Shown here: one piece after another, positions 12,725 through 26,130 of the stretch
How positions within the stretch are numbered: the stretch's first letter is position 1
Layout of the letters: each line of letters begins with the position of its first letter
NCBI GenBank assembly: GCA_951406725.2
Contig: OX597821.1
Coordinates: 65,906,001-65,970,000, forward strand
Length of the DNA stretch: 64,000 bases
Reading direction: 5' to 3'
DNA from: Octopus vulgaris
Lineage: Eukaryota
The notes under the pieces: generated by a model
What the model was told of the DNA's origin: nothing
Database searches by the model: none
The model's input: the letters and a program-made list of their open reading frames with translations, nothing else
Position numbers and translations under genes: made by a program

Positions 12725-12815
12725 AGTGTGTGTGTATGTCTGTGTGTCTGTGTTTGCACCCCCACCATCACTTGACAACCAATGTTGGTGTCTTTACATT
12801 CCCATAACTTGGCAC
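11941..12815 (+). mobile_element. SINE family A interrupted in its internal TA tract
   Basis: Head 11941-12110; 3' module resumes ~12740. Confidence 0.85.
12119..12667 (+). mobile_element. Probable non-autonomous Helitron/Helentron-like element
   Basis: Starts ATTATATAAAAT...CTATCTGTCTGTGTG, then CCGATTGCGCTCAAATTTG, recalling DINE-1/Lep1-like 5' ends; subterminal palindrome CCATCCATTGGATGG at 12637-12651; sits in a TA tract. Confidence 0.5.
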
Positions 12816-12827
12816 AAAAAAGTGAAA

Positions 12828-12992
12828 GACAAAGACAGGTGGAGTAGACAACAAACAGATGTATTAGTTTAACGCTCAGGAAGTGAAAACGTCTTTAATA
12901 TTTCGAGCCTATGCTCTTCCACAGAAAGGAACACAGAAAGAAACAGGGAGAGAAAATAAAGAATGTGTAGTGGCTAGCGATCTATCATGGCA
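12828..12992 (-). mobile_element. Penelope-like terminal-repeat fragment with hammerhead-like motif (12893-12928)
   Basis: Minus: CTTT-CTGTGGA-A-GAGC-ATAG-GCTC-GAAA-TA-TT-AAAG; homologous to 53350-53515 and 54620-54805. Confidence 0.65.
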
Positions 12993-13424
12993 CACACACA
13001 TTCCTATGAATATTATATAGAAACACATACACACACATATGTACACACATGCACAGATACACATATATGCATATATATATGTGTGCACACACAACACAGA
13101 CCGCACAAGCATATATACATGTGTACACACACACACATACATATACAAAGTACCTTTTGAACATTGGGCCTCATAGAGGCAATGTGGTCATTGCTGGTGT
13201 TGCATGAGTAGTATGTATGCTGGTGGCATGTAAAAAGCACATTTGGAGTGTTGGGCCTCACGAAGGCAATGTGACTGACACTAGTGTCATGTAACTAGGA
13301 CCCATTGCTGGTGGCATGTAAAAAGAACCTTTCAAGCATTGGGCCTCACAGAGGCAATGACAAATGACCAAGACCTTTGGCAATGCGCTTTGCTTGAGAA
13401 GAAGACCCATCAAACCAAGTGAAA

Positions 13425-13608
13425 CTGAGTGCAGATATGAATAGCATATGGGAACCGGCATGAAGGAAGGGTAGGAAAATATTAGATTTATAAGCCCTAA
13501 AAATTCACTCCATAATTGCCAATGGGCATATGGTATAGTGGTTAAGAGCACGGGCTACTAATCCTAAGATTCCAAATTCGATTCCAGGCTGTGACCTGAA
13601 TAATAATG

Positions 13609-13662
<54 letters not shown>

Positions 13663-13802
13663 TTGAAAAATACCTTAGGAATGAGAACCCAGGTTCAAAA
13701 TTTCTCCAAGACACCTGATGAAGGCTGGAGGGTATATAAGCCAAATCATTGTGTTAATAACAAACAAGATGAGGACAAATATCCATCAAATGTAAATAAT
13801 GT
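13425..13802 (+). mobile_element. Composite insertion: tRNA-like head, (AAT)n, Penelope-like repeat with hammerhead motif
   Basis: A box TGGTATAGTGG (13531-41), B-box-like ATTCGATTCC (13576-85), (AAT)n, GACAC-CTGATGA-A-GGCTG...AAGCC-AAAT-CA-TT-GTGTT (13710-13755); flanked by AAGTGAAA at 13417-24 and 13803-10 within a family C element. Confidence 0.65.
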
Positions 13803-14163
13803 AAGTGAAATCATAGTCATGACAGATGCTGGTGTTATGCAACTGGTGGCATGTAACAGCATCCATCACATTCTAGGAGTGGTTGGCATTTGGAAGGATA
13901 TCTAGCCGTAGAAACCATGACAAATCAGACCCGAGTCTATTACAGTGTTGGAGTCTCAGACTGGAGTCTGTTACAGTGATGGAGTTTCAGCTTACTAGCC
14001 TTGATCAAATAATCCAACCCATGCCAGCATGGGCAATGGATGTTAAATGATGATGATGATGACATATAAACAGATATGTATACATAAATACATATGCACA
14101 CACACACACACACACACGCATACACACACCCATTTATGCAAGTGCATACAAACAGACAAACAC

Positions 14164-14644
14164 ACAACCATGTACATATTCTTTTCTACTCTAGGCACAA
14201 GGCCCGAAATTTTTGGGTAAGGCAGCCAGTCAATTAGATTGCCCTCAGTATGCAACTGGTATCTAATTTATCAACCCGGAATGTATGAAAGCAGAGTCGA
14301 CCCTGGCGGAATTTGAACTCAGAACGTAAAGACAGACGAAATACCGCTAAGTATTTCGTCCGGCGTGCTGAAGTTTCTGTCACCTCGCCACCTTAACAAC
14401 CGTGTACATATTGTTTCCTTCTCTAGGCACAAGGCCTGAAATATGTGGGGAGTGTGCCAGTTGATTAGATCGACCCCAGTACACAACTGGTACTTAATTT
14501 ATCGAACCTGAAAGGAAGAAAGGCAAAGTCGACCTTGGCGGAATTTGAACTCAGAACGCAAAAACAGACGAAATACCACTAAGCATCTCCTCCGGCGTGC
14601 TAACATATCTGTCAGCTTGCCGCCTTAACAACCATGTACATATT
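14164..14644 (-). mobile_element. Two tandem SINE family B copies bounded by three copies of a 17-bp target sequence
   Basis: ACAACC(A/G)TGTACATATT at 14164, 14396 and 14628 (232-bp period). Confidence 0.9.
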
Positions 14645-15139
14645 ACAAGACAACAAACATACATACAAACACTCATATGTCTTGGGTTATTTTCTTTATC
14701 TTTTTTTTTTTTACTTCATCTATTTTTAAATATAAGTTACAAAATACTCAAGGAAACGATCATGTGAAATTCCTCCAGGAGTGAGGAGCGGGTTGGTAGG
14801 GAGGGAGGGAGGGAGGGAGTATAGTGTTAGGATTCTGTTGGTTCATATAAACATGTGCTGTGAGGAGGACGGGGGTGTGGAGTGCGAGGACGGACTGGAT
14901 GCATTTATCTAATCAGTCTTTGATTAATGTTGGAGCTGATAGACTTTATAGAAATTGTGGCCTTCAGCACCGTGTGTGAGTGCCTGTGTAAGAGCCTGTC
15001 TGTGCATGTATGTGTGTGTGTGTGTGTGTGTCTGTGTCTGTCTGTATGTATGTATATATATATATATATATATATGTTTGTGTATATATATATATATACA
15101 CACATACATACATATATACACAAACACACATATATGTGC

Positions 15140-15194
<55 letters not shown>

Positions 15195-15275
15195 AACATG
15201 TGGATATGCATATATATGTGTGCATGTTTATGTACATATATATGTATGCATGTATATAATGATTATATGCACATG

Positions 15276-15319
<44 letters not shown>

Positions 15320-15430
15320 AAATGTATAAATCTGTCCATCTATATATATATATATATAGAGAGAGAGAGATAGATAAATAGATAGAGAGATTTATACATT
15401 GTATATATATATATATACACAATATATAAA

Positions 15431-15466
<36 letters not shown>

Positions 15467-15894
15467 CACTGAATAAATCTATCAATTTATCTATCTATCA
15501 ATACATACATACATATAAAGTATATATGTAATTGGTTATGCAGTTTTGCAGTATAATTTACTAAGTTAACAGCAAAGGAAGTCTTCCCCTGAAGGTTAAG
15601 TTAGTGGTTTTAGCAGACAGAAGACAGCCGCAAGGTATTTGCCAGAAGATCGTTTTGAGCAGATTGATGATATGGGCTGGATATCTTATAGTAGTACATG
15701 GTGTATATTTATGGCAAAGAAATATAATATTATTTTGGTGAGAGATGAAAGGGAGAGAGAGGGATGGAGGGAAAGAAACATGGGGACAGAGACATGGGTT
15801 GAATGAATAGAGAGAGGATGGAGATGAAATGAGAATGAGAAGCTGAGAGGAAGATAAGGTTGAAAGTAGGAAAAATAGAGAAATATAGACAAGT

Positions 15895-15910
15895 GATAGA
15901 TTAATTGATT

Positions 15911-15943
<33 letters not shown>

Positions 15944-15952
15944 AAGGATATG

Positions 15953-15983
<31 letters not shown>

Positions 15984-16150
15984 ATAAATGGATATGTAGA
16001 TAGATGGATGGATGGATGGATGGATAGATGGATAAATGGATATGTAGATAGATAGATAGATAGATAGATGGATGGATGGATGGATGGATGGATGGATGGA
16101 TGGATGGATGGATGGATGGATGGATGGATGGATAGATTGATGGATAGCTA
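15895..16150. repeat. (GATA)n/(GATG)n microsatellite
   Basis: Visible arrays. Confidence 0.95.
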
Positions 16151-16393
16151 GGTAAACAAAGAGAGAGAGAGAGAGTGGGAGGAGGGAGGGAAGGGAATAC
16201 ATGGAAATGTTATCAAGTTCCTGTAGAAAGAGAGAGATGGAGAGAAAGAAATATTGAGAGAGAGGGAGAGAGTGAAAGAGAGAGAGAGATTTGTGTAAAG
16301 GTACATAACGTGTGTGTATGTGTGAGAGTGTGTATAAGTAACATGTATGTACATATATAATGTGTGTGTGTGTGTATATACATACACACATGC

Positions 16394-16653
16394 TGAGACC
16401 CCCTTCAGTCATGACTGACCATGGGATTGCACTTAGAAAGTTACCCTCGCAGGCAAAGGGAAAAGCAAAGGGGCCAATACAGCTTGGCACCTGTGATGTT
16501 GCAACTCACTTCTACAGCTGAGTTAAATGGAGCAATGTGAAATAAAGTGTCTTGCTCAAGAACGCAACACACAGCCCGGTCCGGGATTCGAACTCACACA
16601 CAACCTCACAATCGTAAGCTTGACGGTCTAGTCACTGAGCCATGCGCCTTCAC
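16394..16653 (-). mobile_element. tRNA-derived SINE family D
   Basis: Minus head GTGAAGGCGCATGGCTCAGTG...GAGTTCGAATCCCGG then TTCTTGAGCAAGACACTTTATTTCAC; related body at 41120-41330. Confidence 0.8.
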
Positions 16654-18729
16654 ATATACACACACATACACGTACACACACACATATATATATACATACA
16701 CACCCACATATGTATGCATATATATAAATATATATATATACACACACAAACACACATACATATCAGAAAAAGTGAAATATAATAGAGGAAGAAGAATAAG
16801 AGAGGGGACAGTTACAAACAAATAGCAAACATGTCTCATTTCAATAATCATCATCATCATCATCGTTGTCGTCATCATCTTCATCTTCAACATCATCCTT
16901 GTCACTTTAACATTCACTTGTCCATGCTTACAATGGCCAGATGGAGTTCATTGATGCAGGTTTTTTTTATGGCCTGATGCCCTTCCTATTCCTGTCCTTA
17001 ACCTGTTTCCGGGCAAATTATTATTCCATCATATCAAGACATGTGTTCACAGAATATGCTAAATGAATGATATTCATTTATAACAATCACAAAAATATGG
17101 ATGAGAAGTGCTAACCAGCAATGTATGCAAATATAAACTCTATTAACAGTATTACTGGAGACATATTCATAACTCATTAGAAAGTCTTTCACTGTGTTTT
17201 GTCAAGAAGAAAAATTCTTGCTATGCACAAAAATATGTAAACACACCAAGTCAGTCCAGAGCGCCCTCTACCTGGATAGATGGATGCTTGCATTTTGGTG
17301 TAGTTATCTCCTCTTCAGCATTGAACACTGGAAGGAGAGGCACTCTGAATTGACTACAAGAGACCAGGCACATCTCACAAGTTACACCAACACCATTACA
17401 GTAACAAACCAGAATAACCACTACCACCAATACATCCACCACAGCACATTACAACGTTATCATAACTGCCACCATCACTATTGTAGAACATCTCACAAGA
17501 ACTACCATCAGCATTACTATAACAAACCAGAATAATGATAACCACCACCACCAACAAAACCATCACTGCCACCACCCCATTAGCATAAACACAACTACCA
17601 CCACCACCACCACCTCTATTATAGTACATCACACCATTACTACAACCATAACCAGCACAGTACATTTTATAAGTGCCACCAACAGCACTACCATAGCAAA
17701 CCAGAAAAACGATCACCACCACTACCTCTATTATACTACATTACACCATTATAACAACTATAGCCACCACCACAGCACAAACACCAACAGCAGCACTTCC
17801 ACACCAAGCCATAATAACGATTAGCATCAGCAATACCTCCACACAACTACCCAATCAAGTCACTACCACCATCAGCAGCACCATCACAACCACATCATGT
17901 CATACAAACATCACCACCACCACCACCACCACCACCACCACCACTGCCACCACAACCATTATGATCATCATCACCAGCAGAATCTTCAAACAAATAATGA
18001 TCCAACATTATTGAAGTCCAATTTCTGTGATCTTTGCCTTGATGTTCTTTGTTGCAGTTGTTGTTGTTGTTGTTGTTTTTGTAGTAGTAAAGATATTGGC
18101 AGTGGTGGTAGTGGTTGTGATGGAGGTAGTGGTGAAAGTGTAATGGTATTGATGGTGAGGGTAATTGGTGTTTGTGGTGGTGGTGGTGGTGGTGACGATG
18201 TTTTCAGTGAAAACAGCAACCACAGCAGAGGAGGGCAGCAGCAGCCATAGTAGACATGGTAAAGATACCTGCAAATGATGTAGTAGCAGCAGCAGCAGCA
18301 GTAGTAGTGGTAATAGTAGTAGTAGAAGTCGTAGTAGTAGTAGTCATAGCAGTAGTAACAGCAACCATAGTACAGGTGGTAAAGATACTGGCAAATGATG
18401 TAGTAGAAGTAGAAGTAGAAGTAGAAGTAGTAGCAGCAGCAGTAGTAGTAGTAGAAGTAGTAGTAACTGTAGTAGTGGTAGTAGTAGTAGTTGTGGTGGT
18501 GGTGATGGAAAGAGGTGGGTGCAGAATATTTGGTGGATATAAAAAAAGAAAAATGTGACTAACTAAAGTTGTGTCTTGTACAGTGATTGTTATCGTATTG
18601 GCTAGAGTATTGGTGGTTAGGAGGTTAGCAGAGGGTAGTAGATTTAATAGAGAGCTAATCTGTGTTGTTGTCATTATAGAATTGGCAAGGTGGTAGTGCT
18701 GGAAGCCATGTAGAAGCTCTGACCTTGTG

Positions 18730-18942
18730 CTTATAATACAAGTAATTCTTCAAAGGCTTGGCAGAAACATTGGAACTTTAGACAAAAATATCTGTATTTT
18801 CTACCTCTTTACGTGCTGAGTTCAAGTCCTGCTGTGGTCAACTTTGCCTTTTATTTTTTTTTTTGAGGGGTAAATTAATCTTTTCTTTTCAATATGACTC
18901 ATTTTGTTTCTAAATTACAAACAATTACTATCATCATCATCA

Positions 18943-18976
<34 letters not shown>

Positions 18977-20055
18977 AGCAGTGAGCTGGCAGAATTGTTA
19001 GCACACTGGGTGAAATGCTTAGCAGTATTTTGACTGTTTTTAACGTTCTGAGTTCAAATTCTGCCAAGGTCGACTTTGCCCTTCACCCTTTTGGGGCTGA
19101 TAAATTAAGTACCAGTGAAATACTGGGGTCAATGTAATCGACTAGTCCCCTCCCACAAAATTTCAGACCTTGTGTCTTTAGTAGAAAGCATCATTATCAG
19201 TATTATTATTATTACTATCAAGTCAACAAGCTGGCAAAATCGTTAGCATGCTGGACGAAATGCTCCATTCTGAGTTCAAATTCCACCGAGGTCAATTTTG
19301 CCTTTTATCTTTACAGGATTGATAAATTAAGTACCAGTGAAATGCTGGGATCAATGAAATCAACTAGTCCCTTCCCCAAAATTTCAGGCCTTGTGCCTTT
19401 AGGAGAAAGGATTATTATTATTATTATTATTATTATTATCATGCTGGGCAAAATGTTTAGTGGTACTTCATTTGCCTTTATGTTTTGAGTTCAAATCCCA
19501 CCAAGTTTGACTTTGCCTTTCATCCTTATGGGGTCGATAAAATAAGTACCAGTAGAATACTGGGGTCCAATGTAATGAACTTGACCCCCCCCTCGCCCAC
19601 CGCCGGACTGGCTGGCTTTGTTCCAAAATTTGAAATTAATTTCAATTGGCAGAATGGCTAACATGCTGGACAAAATGCTTAGCAGCATTTCATCTGTCTT
19701 AATGTTCTGAGTTCAAATTCCGCCGAGGTCGACTTTGCCTTTTATCCTACCAGGGTCAATAAATTAGGTACCAGTGACACACTGGGGTTGATGTTATCAA
19801 CTAGCCCCCTCCCCTAAAATTTCCGGCCTTGTGCCTTCAGTAGAAAGGATTATTGTAATTATTATTATTATTATTATCATCATCATTATCATTATTATTG
19901 AGTTCACATTCTGCTGGGGTCGACTTTGCCTTTCATCCTTTCAAGGTTGATAAAGTAAAGTACCAGCTGAGTACTAGGGTCAATGTAATCAACTTACTCT
20001 TAACCCGAAACTGCTGGCCTTGTGACAAAATTTGAAATCGTAATCATCATTATTA
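18730..20055 (+). mobile_element. Head-to-tail cluster of ~6-7 SINE family B copies separated by (ATT)n
   Basis: Recurring GAGTTCAAAT...GTCGACTTTGCCTTT...GATAAATTAAGTACCAG...CCTTGTGCC units, mostly ending in (ATT)n. Confidence 0.9.
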
Positions 20056-20078
20056 TTATAGGCACAGGAGTGGCTGTA

Positions 20079-20950
20079 TGGTTAGAAGCTTGCTTCCCAA
20101 CCATGTGGTTCTGGTTTCGGTTCCACTACGTGGCACCTTGGGCTGATCAAAGCCTTGTGAGTGGATTTTTTAGATGGAAACTGAAAGAAGCCCATCGTAT
20201 ATATATATATATATATATATATAAAATCAAAACAAAAAATATAACAATATAACAGGCTACAACAAAACATTCAGATTGTTAGATGATACAAAAACGGACT
20301 GGAAAAAACAAGGATGGGTCATTTGGTGCTTTCAGTCATCGGTTGAGAAGCAGATCGTCATTGCAGTTTCAGCCAGTTAATCTCGAGACTGCTCTAATCT
20401 GGCCGGCCCAAAGAAAATCTAAGCTAAGAGCACTAGATTCTTTGGAAGAAAGCAAGCGAATGTATACAAAAACAAGGATGAAAAAAATGGAGAAATGGTA
20501 CACAAATACAAATATAAACAACAGGACATTAACCACAGGTGTGTTTTGACTAAGGATGAATTAAAGTAAGCTGGTGTGTGTAGAAGTGAAGCCTTACGGC
20601 AGGAACATAGAAGATGAATGTCATGGGAAGAAATACAGGAGATGCTACACGGATGGTAGTTGAACCAAGAAAGAAAGGTCAGGCTTAGCTGAACTATGGT
20701 CACATTGAAGGACAGGAGGGCAGTAGTGGGTAGTGTAATATATTTGTGTGTGTGTCTGTGTTTGTCTCCCTACCATCACTTCACAACCAATGTTGGTTTG
20801 TTTATGTCCCCGTAACTTAGTGGTTTGGCAAAAAGAGACCGATAGAATAAGTACTAGGCTTGCAAAGAGTAAGTCCTGGGGTCGATTTGTTTGTCTAAAG
20901 ATGGTGTTCCAGCATGGTCACAGTCAATTGACTGAAACAAGTAAAAGAAA
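20079..20950 (+). mobile_element. SINE family A with a ~500-bp insertion (20225-20735) in its TA tract
   Basis: Head 20079-20200, 3' module 20745-20950; family of the insert not established. Confidence 0.8.
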
Positions 20951-21620
20951 GCAGCGAACTGGCAGAATTGTTGTATTTCATGCATCTGTAAGTCCAGAGT
21001 TCAAATACAGCCAAGGTTGACTTTACATTTTATCCTCTTGGGGCTGTGGGATTAATTCATTGAATTCTATCATTCTTTTAAATCTGAGACCTCGTATCCT
21101 ATTTCTGCTTCGTCTTCCCAGTTAGTCATAGCTGAACAGTCATGTTAATAAAGGCATTCTAATTGTGGCCATCCTGTCCTATTTCCATGTGTAGTGGATC
21201 CAGGATCACATCGTACATGTTCTTCAGTTTAAGATATCAGGTTGCAATTTGAGAGAGATTTTGTTGCTATTTCTAGCAGGTTGAGCAACTATGTAGAAAC
21301 CTTTTTAGCAACAACAGCAATAGTAGTAGTAGTAGTGGTAGTGGTGGTGGTGGTGGTGGTAGTGGTAAATGTTGTTAGCATAGATATCACACCTTAAGAA
21401 TATGACAATGTGAAAAAGAAATGAGGATAGAGGGATTGATAGGTAGAGGAAGAGAGAGGGAGAGAGAGAGATAGAAGGGAGAGAGAAGGAGCTAGAAGAA
21501 AGAGACAGCTTACAGAGAGATTGAGTGTGCTAGAGAGCTAGGGAGAGAAAGAGAGAGCTAGAGAGAAAGTGAGAACTAAAGGGGAGAGATAGAGAGAGAA
21601 AAAGAGAGATATAAAGAGAA

Positions 21621-21659
<39 letters not shown>

Positions 21660-22729
21660 ACAAAATAGAGTTAAAGAGAGAGCAGAAAGGAGAAGAGAAA
21701 GAAATAAAAGAGATTTAAATCTCAGCTACAAATATCAATCAATATTATTGAGTATTGATTTTTTGTTTTTGACACAAAACTGGGGCAACAGCATAGGTGT
21801 GGCTCTTTCTGTTGGAATGGATTGGAACGGTATGGAAATAACTGGTGTGTGTCTGAGTATGGGCAGAATGGGTGCGGTGGAGCAGCATAATTGAGTTGGG
21901 AAGGGGAAATATAGTGATATGGCTGTTCTTGAAGCCCCAGAAAATTACCGAAAGAGCAGACCTATGATCAAAGATATTCCAGCGGTAATTATCGTTTTTG
22001 TATTTTGCTTGATGTGCAAAGAACCCAGGATCAAACAGACCCCTATCATTTATCGTTTAACATTTACCGGGTTTCAGTCATTGGATAGCAGTCATTCTGG
22101 CTGTGATCCACTTTGAAGGGTTCAGTTGAACAAACTGACCCCAGGACTTATTTTCAAAGTCTGGTACTTACTATAGAAGTCGCTTTTTGCTAAATCTCAA
22201 AAGTTATAGGGATGTAAACAAACCAACACTGATGTTGGTCTGTTTATATCAAGCAATGATGGGGACACAAATACAAATACACACATACACGGGAGGCTTC
22301 CACACAGTTTCTATCTACCAAATTCACTCACATGTCATAGTTCAGTCCATGCATAGAGTAGAAGACACTTGCTCCAAGGTGAGACTGAATCCAAAATCAC
22401 ATGGTTGCAAAGAAAACTCCTTAACCACACAACCATATCCATGTCTACTTTTTAAATAAGTAATTTGAGGGAGATTTAGCTGTTATTTCTTGCAGGATGA
22501 GCGACCATGTAGAGGCTCTTCTCTCAGTGAGTAAGTGTTTTGTAGAGAGAGAGAAGTGAGGTGTATAGTTTGATAAGAAGGTATACACACATACCTATAT
22601 GTATATATATATACATACATACACATGCATACATACATATACATACATATATATATATACACATATATATACATATATACATACATATACTCTTTTACTG
22701 TTTTACTTGTTTCAGTCATTTGACTGTGG

Positions 22730-23062
22730 CTTTTCCTGTGGCACCAGCACTAGAGCTTTTTATGAGGCACCAGCACCAGTGCTTTTTATGTGGCACCAAC
22801 ACCAGTGCCTTTTATGTGGTACCAGTACCAGAGCTTTTCATGTGGCACCAGCACTAGAGCTTTTTATGTGGTACCGGCATCAGTGCTTTTTATGTGAGAC
22901 CAGTACCAGAGCTTTTCACATGGCACCAGCACCAGTGGTTTTTTATGTGACACTATCACCAGAACTTTTTATGTGGCTCCAGCAGTAATACTTTTTTATG
23001 TGGTACCAGCACCAGCACATTTTACATGGCACCAGTGATTTTTATGTGGCACCAGCACCAAT
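22730..23062 (-). repeat. Degenerate ~28-bp tandem array of the family C motif
   Basis: About 12 units like GCTTTTTATGTGGCACCAGCACCAG, the reverse complement of TGGTGCCACATAAAAAGC. Confidence 0.8.
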
Positions 23063-23234
23063 AGGGTAGCAAAAGGTAAACTTAATGAATATAGTAATAA
23101 CAAACATACATTTTTAGCCTTGCTGAGAAGAAGGAGATACCATGGTTAACCCATAGTTTAAATTCTTGTTTTGTGGCTCTCTGTTCATTCTTAATCCCAC
23201 TTCTCTCTTTCTCTCTCTCTGCACACACACACAC

Positions 23235-23335
23235 ACACACACACACATCTATAAAACAGCTAGCACACACACTCACACACACATCTATAAAACAGCTAGC
23301 ACACACACTCACACACACATCTATAAAACAGCTAG
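23235..23335. repeat. 36-bp tandem repeat x3
   Basis: ATCTATAAAACAGCTAG at 23247, 23283 and 23319 separated by CA tracts. Confidence 0.9.
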
Positions 23336-24055
23336 AAAAAAAAAGACTGTCTTTGCCAGTTTCAACATGTGTTTATGCTTCATCAGAGATCTTTTGCTCA
23401 TTATCTGTCTATAGAGAGAAGACAGACTTATAATTACATCTAGCAAATTATAGCCAGAAACTACCATTTTGTAAGTGGTCAGGAATGAGGAACTAGTCTC
23501 CGACAAAGTGTATATTATGTTGAATCTGGTGAAATCAATGTTTTCTTTTATTTCTGGTTGTAGGAAGAAAAGCCAGTGGTTTAACTATGATGTATACTTT
23601 TTCACAGCAAGACTAAAAAATATTTAAGAAAATATACAAATGTCAGTTTACCTGATGTTTTAATTTATATAATTGTTAAGTATTAGCTTATTAATTACAC
23701 AGACACACACATGGATGTATGTATACATATGTATGTAATTATGTAAATACACACATACACACACATATATATATATATATACATATATTAAGATACAGAC
23801 TCATGTGTGTGTATGTATACATGTATATATGTATGTATATGTACAGCAAGAGAGAGGAAGAATTTGTGCATGTGTGTGTGTTTCAATGGCTGACTAGCAG
23901 ACTGAGGTGAAAGGAGTGTATTTAGGTTCTTTAGGTACGGTGAGGTTTTTGGGTACTTACTATATTTCCTGTTGCCTGGGACATACAATAAGTAACCCAC
24001 AAACAAACTGAAAATTACAGATATGTGAGTGTGTATTCATATATATGTATCTAAG

Positions 24056-24096
<41 letters not shown>

Positions 24097-24614
24097 AAGT
24101 ATATAGATATATATATCTAAGTATATATGTAGAGAGAGAGACAGAGGTGGACACAGGCTGACAAAAATAGAGATAGCAAGAAAGAGATGATATGATTAAA
24201 GAATGGACAAACAGGGAAACACAATGCAAGAATTTGCAACAAAGAAACCCCATAGACACACACACACATACACACTGAATATATATTATATAAATAAAGA
24301 TAGGATAGATAACGATAGATAGTGCAGAATATATATAATGGCAAATTGGATAGAAAGAAAATGAGAGAAAATGAAGGCTGAAGTGGTAAGAATTCTATAT
24401 TTAATATGTTTCAAGCAGCAGACAAGACCTTGCTCTGATTGGCATCAATATATTAGACAGAGCTAGAGGACTTTGTACTTAGCCAATAGATGCCAATATG
24501 TTGACGGAATATTGAAATCTGTTTACATGTTCCTACAATACATTTTTACTAATAATTTTTACTAACAGTCAATAAATATTGTAGATATTGACTGTGTTGC
24601 ATTATATTATTTTA

Positions 24615-25250
24615 TTCTTTTACGAGTTTCAGTTATTTTGACAGTGGCCATGCTGGAGCACTGCCTTTATTTGAGCAAATAGTCACCAGGTCTTATTCTT
24701 TTGTAAGCCCAGTACTTATTCCATCGGTCTCTTTTTGCCGAACCACTTAAGTTAAGGTGATGTAAACACACCAACATTGGTTGTTAAGCGATGGTGGGTG
24801 GTGGGGGCAAACGCAGATGCAGACTCATACTCACACACACACATAAATATATATATATACGATGGGCTTCTTTCAGTTTCTTTATTGCCCACAAGGGGCT
24901 AACCATAGAGGGGACCAACAAGGACAGACAAAAAGATTAAGTTGATTACATTCACCCCAGTGCGTAACTGGTACTTAATTAATCGACCCCGAAGGGATGA
25001 AAGGCAAAGTTGACCTCAGCGAGATTTGAACTCAGAACGCAGCATCGGACGAAATACCACAAAGCATTTCACCCGGCGTGCTAACGTTTCTGCCAGCTCG
25101 CCGTCTTTCAGTTTCTGTCTACCAAATCCACTCACAAGGCTTTGGTCAGCCCAAGGCTATAGTAGAAGACACTTGCCCAAGGTGCCACGCAGTGGGACTG
25201 AACCCAGAACCATGTGGTTGGGAAGCAAGCTTCTTACCACACAGCCATTC
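24615..25250 (-). mobile_element. SINE family A containing a nested family B copy (24882-25103)
   Basis: Nested copy flanked by the 13-bp TSD TCTTTCAGTTTCT (24869-81, 25104-16). Confidence 0.9.
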
Positions 25251-25609
25251 CAGCTATTTTATGTTACTGTTTATCGTGGCATTTATTTATTTATTTATTA
25301 ATAATATTAGTCAAGTACTGGGGGTTGACTTAATCAATTAACCACCACACTACCCTAAATTTCTCATGTAGCACTTATATTAGAAACATTCATAACCATT
25401 GTTCTTGATGTTGTTGTTGATGTAGCTATATAATTTCATCTCGTTACCTCTTTTGGGAGGGGCAGGGGGAACTCTTCATTTCATTTGTTTAATGGTGGTT
25501 GCTTCTGACAGGGCACTATGGGGGTGATGCCTGAAGACTGTAGCCCCAAACAACCCTCTCGGGAACAGATGATAGCAAAAAGGTTTCTGAGTCACCTTTA
25601 TGCATATGT

Positions 25610-26130
25610 ATCATCATCATCATCATCATCGTTTAGTGTCTGCTTTCCATGCTGGCATGGGTTGGAAGGTGCAACTGGGGTCTGGGAAGCCAGAAAGCTG
25701 CACCAGGCCCAGTCTGATCTGGCAATGTTTCTACGGCTGGATGCCCTTCCTAACGCCAACCACTCCATGGGTGTAGTGGGTGCTTTTTACGTGCCACCGG
25801 CACAGGTGCCAGACGAGGCTGGCAAACGGCCACAGTCGGATGGTGCTTTTTGCGTTTCTCACACACACACACACACACAGATATATTTATATGCATGGTA
25901 TGTTTTACGTGCCGGTGGCACATAAAAAGCACCGTTGATATGTGGTCAGTGCCAGTGCCACCTGACTGGCTCCTGTGCCAGTGGCATGTAAAAAGCACCC
26001 ACTAGACTCTCGGTATGGTTAGTGTAAGGAAGGACATTCAGCTGAAGGAACCTTGCCCAATCAGATTGGAGCCTGGTGCAGCCTTCCAGCTTGCCAGTCC
26101 TCAGCCGAACCGTCCAACCCATGCCAGCAT
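25610..26130. mobile_element. Two family C copies in opposite orientation
   Basis: Minus copy 25610-25858 and plus copy 25908-26130, mutually complementary over ~190 bp. Confidence 0.85.

Noticed and set aside
13524-13590. tRNA gene (also the heads of SINE families A, D, E)
   Set aside because: A/B boxes present but no complete cloverleaf or acceptor stem; these are retroposon heads.
20340-20420. Minus-strand GGCCAG...CTGGCT-GAAA-CTGCA resembling half a hammerhead
   Set aside because: No CUGANGA-like core or stem I upstream.
22730-23062. ~28-bp periodic array resembling CRISPR repeats
   Set aside because: Contiguous degenerate units without spacers; same core as family C.
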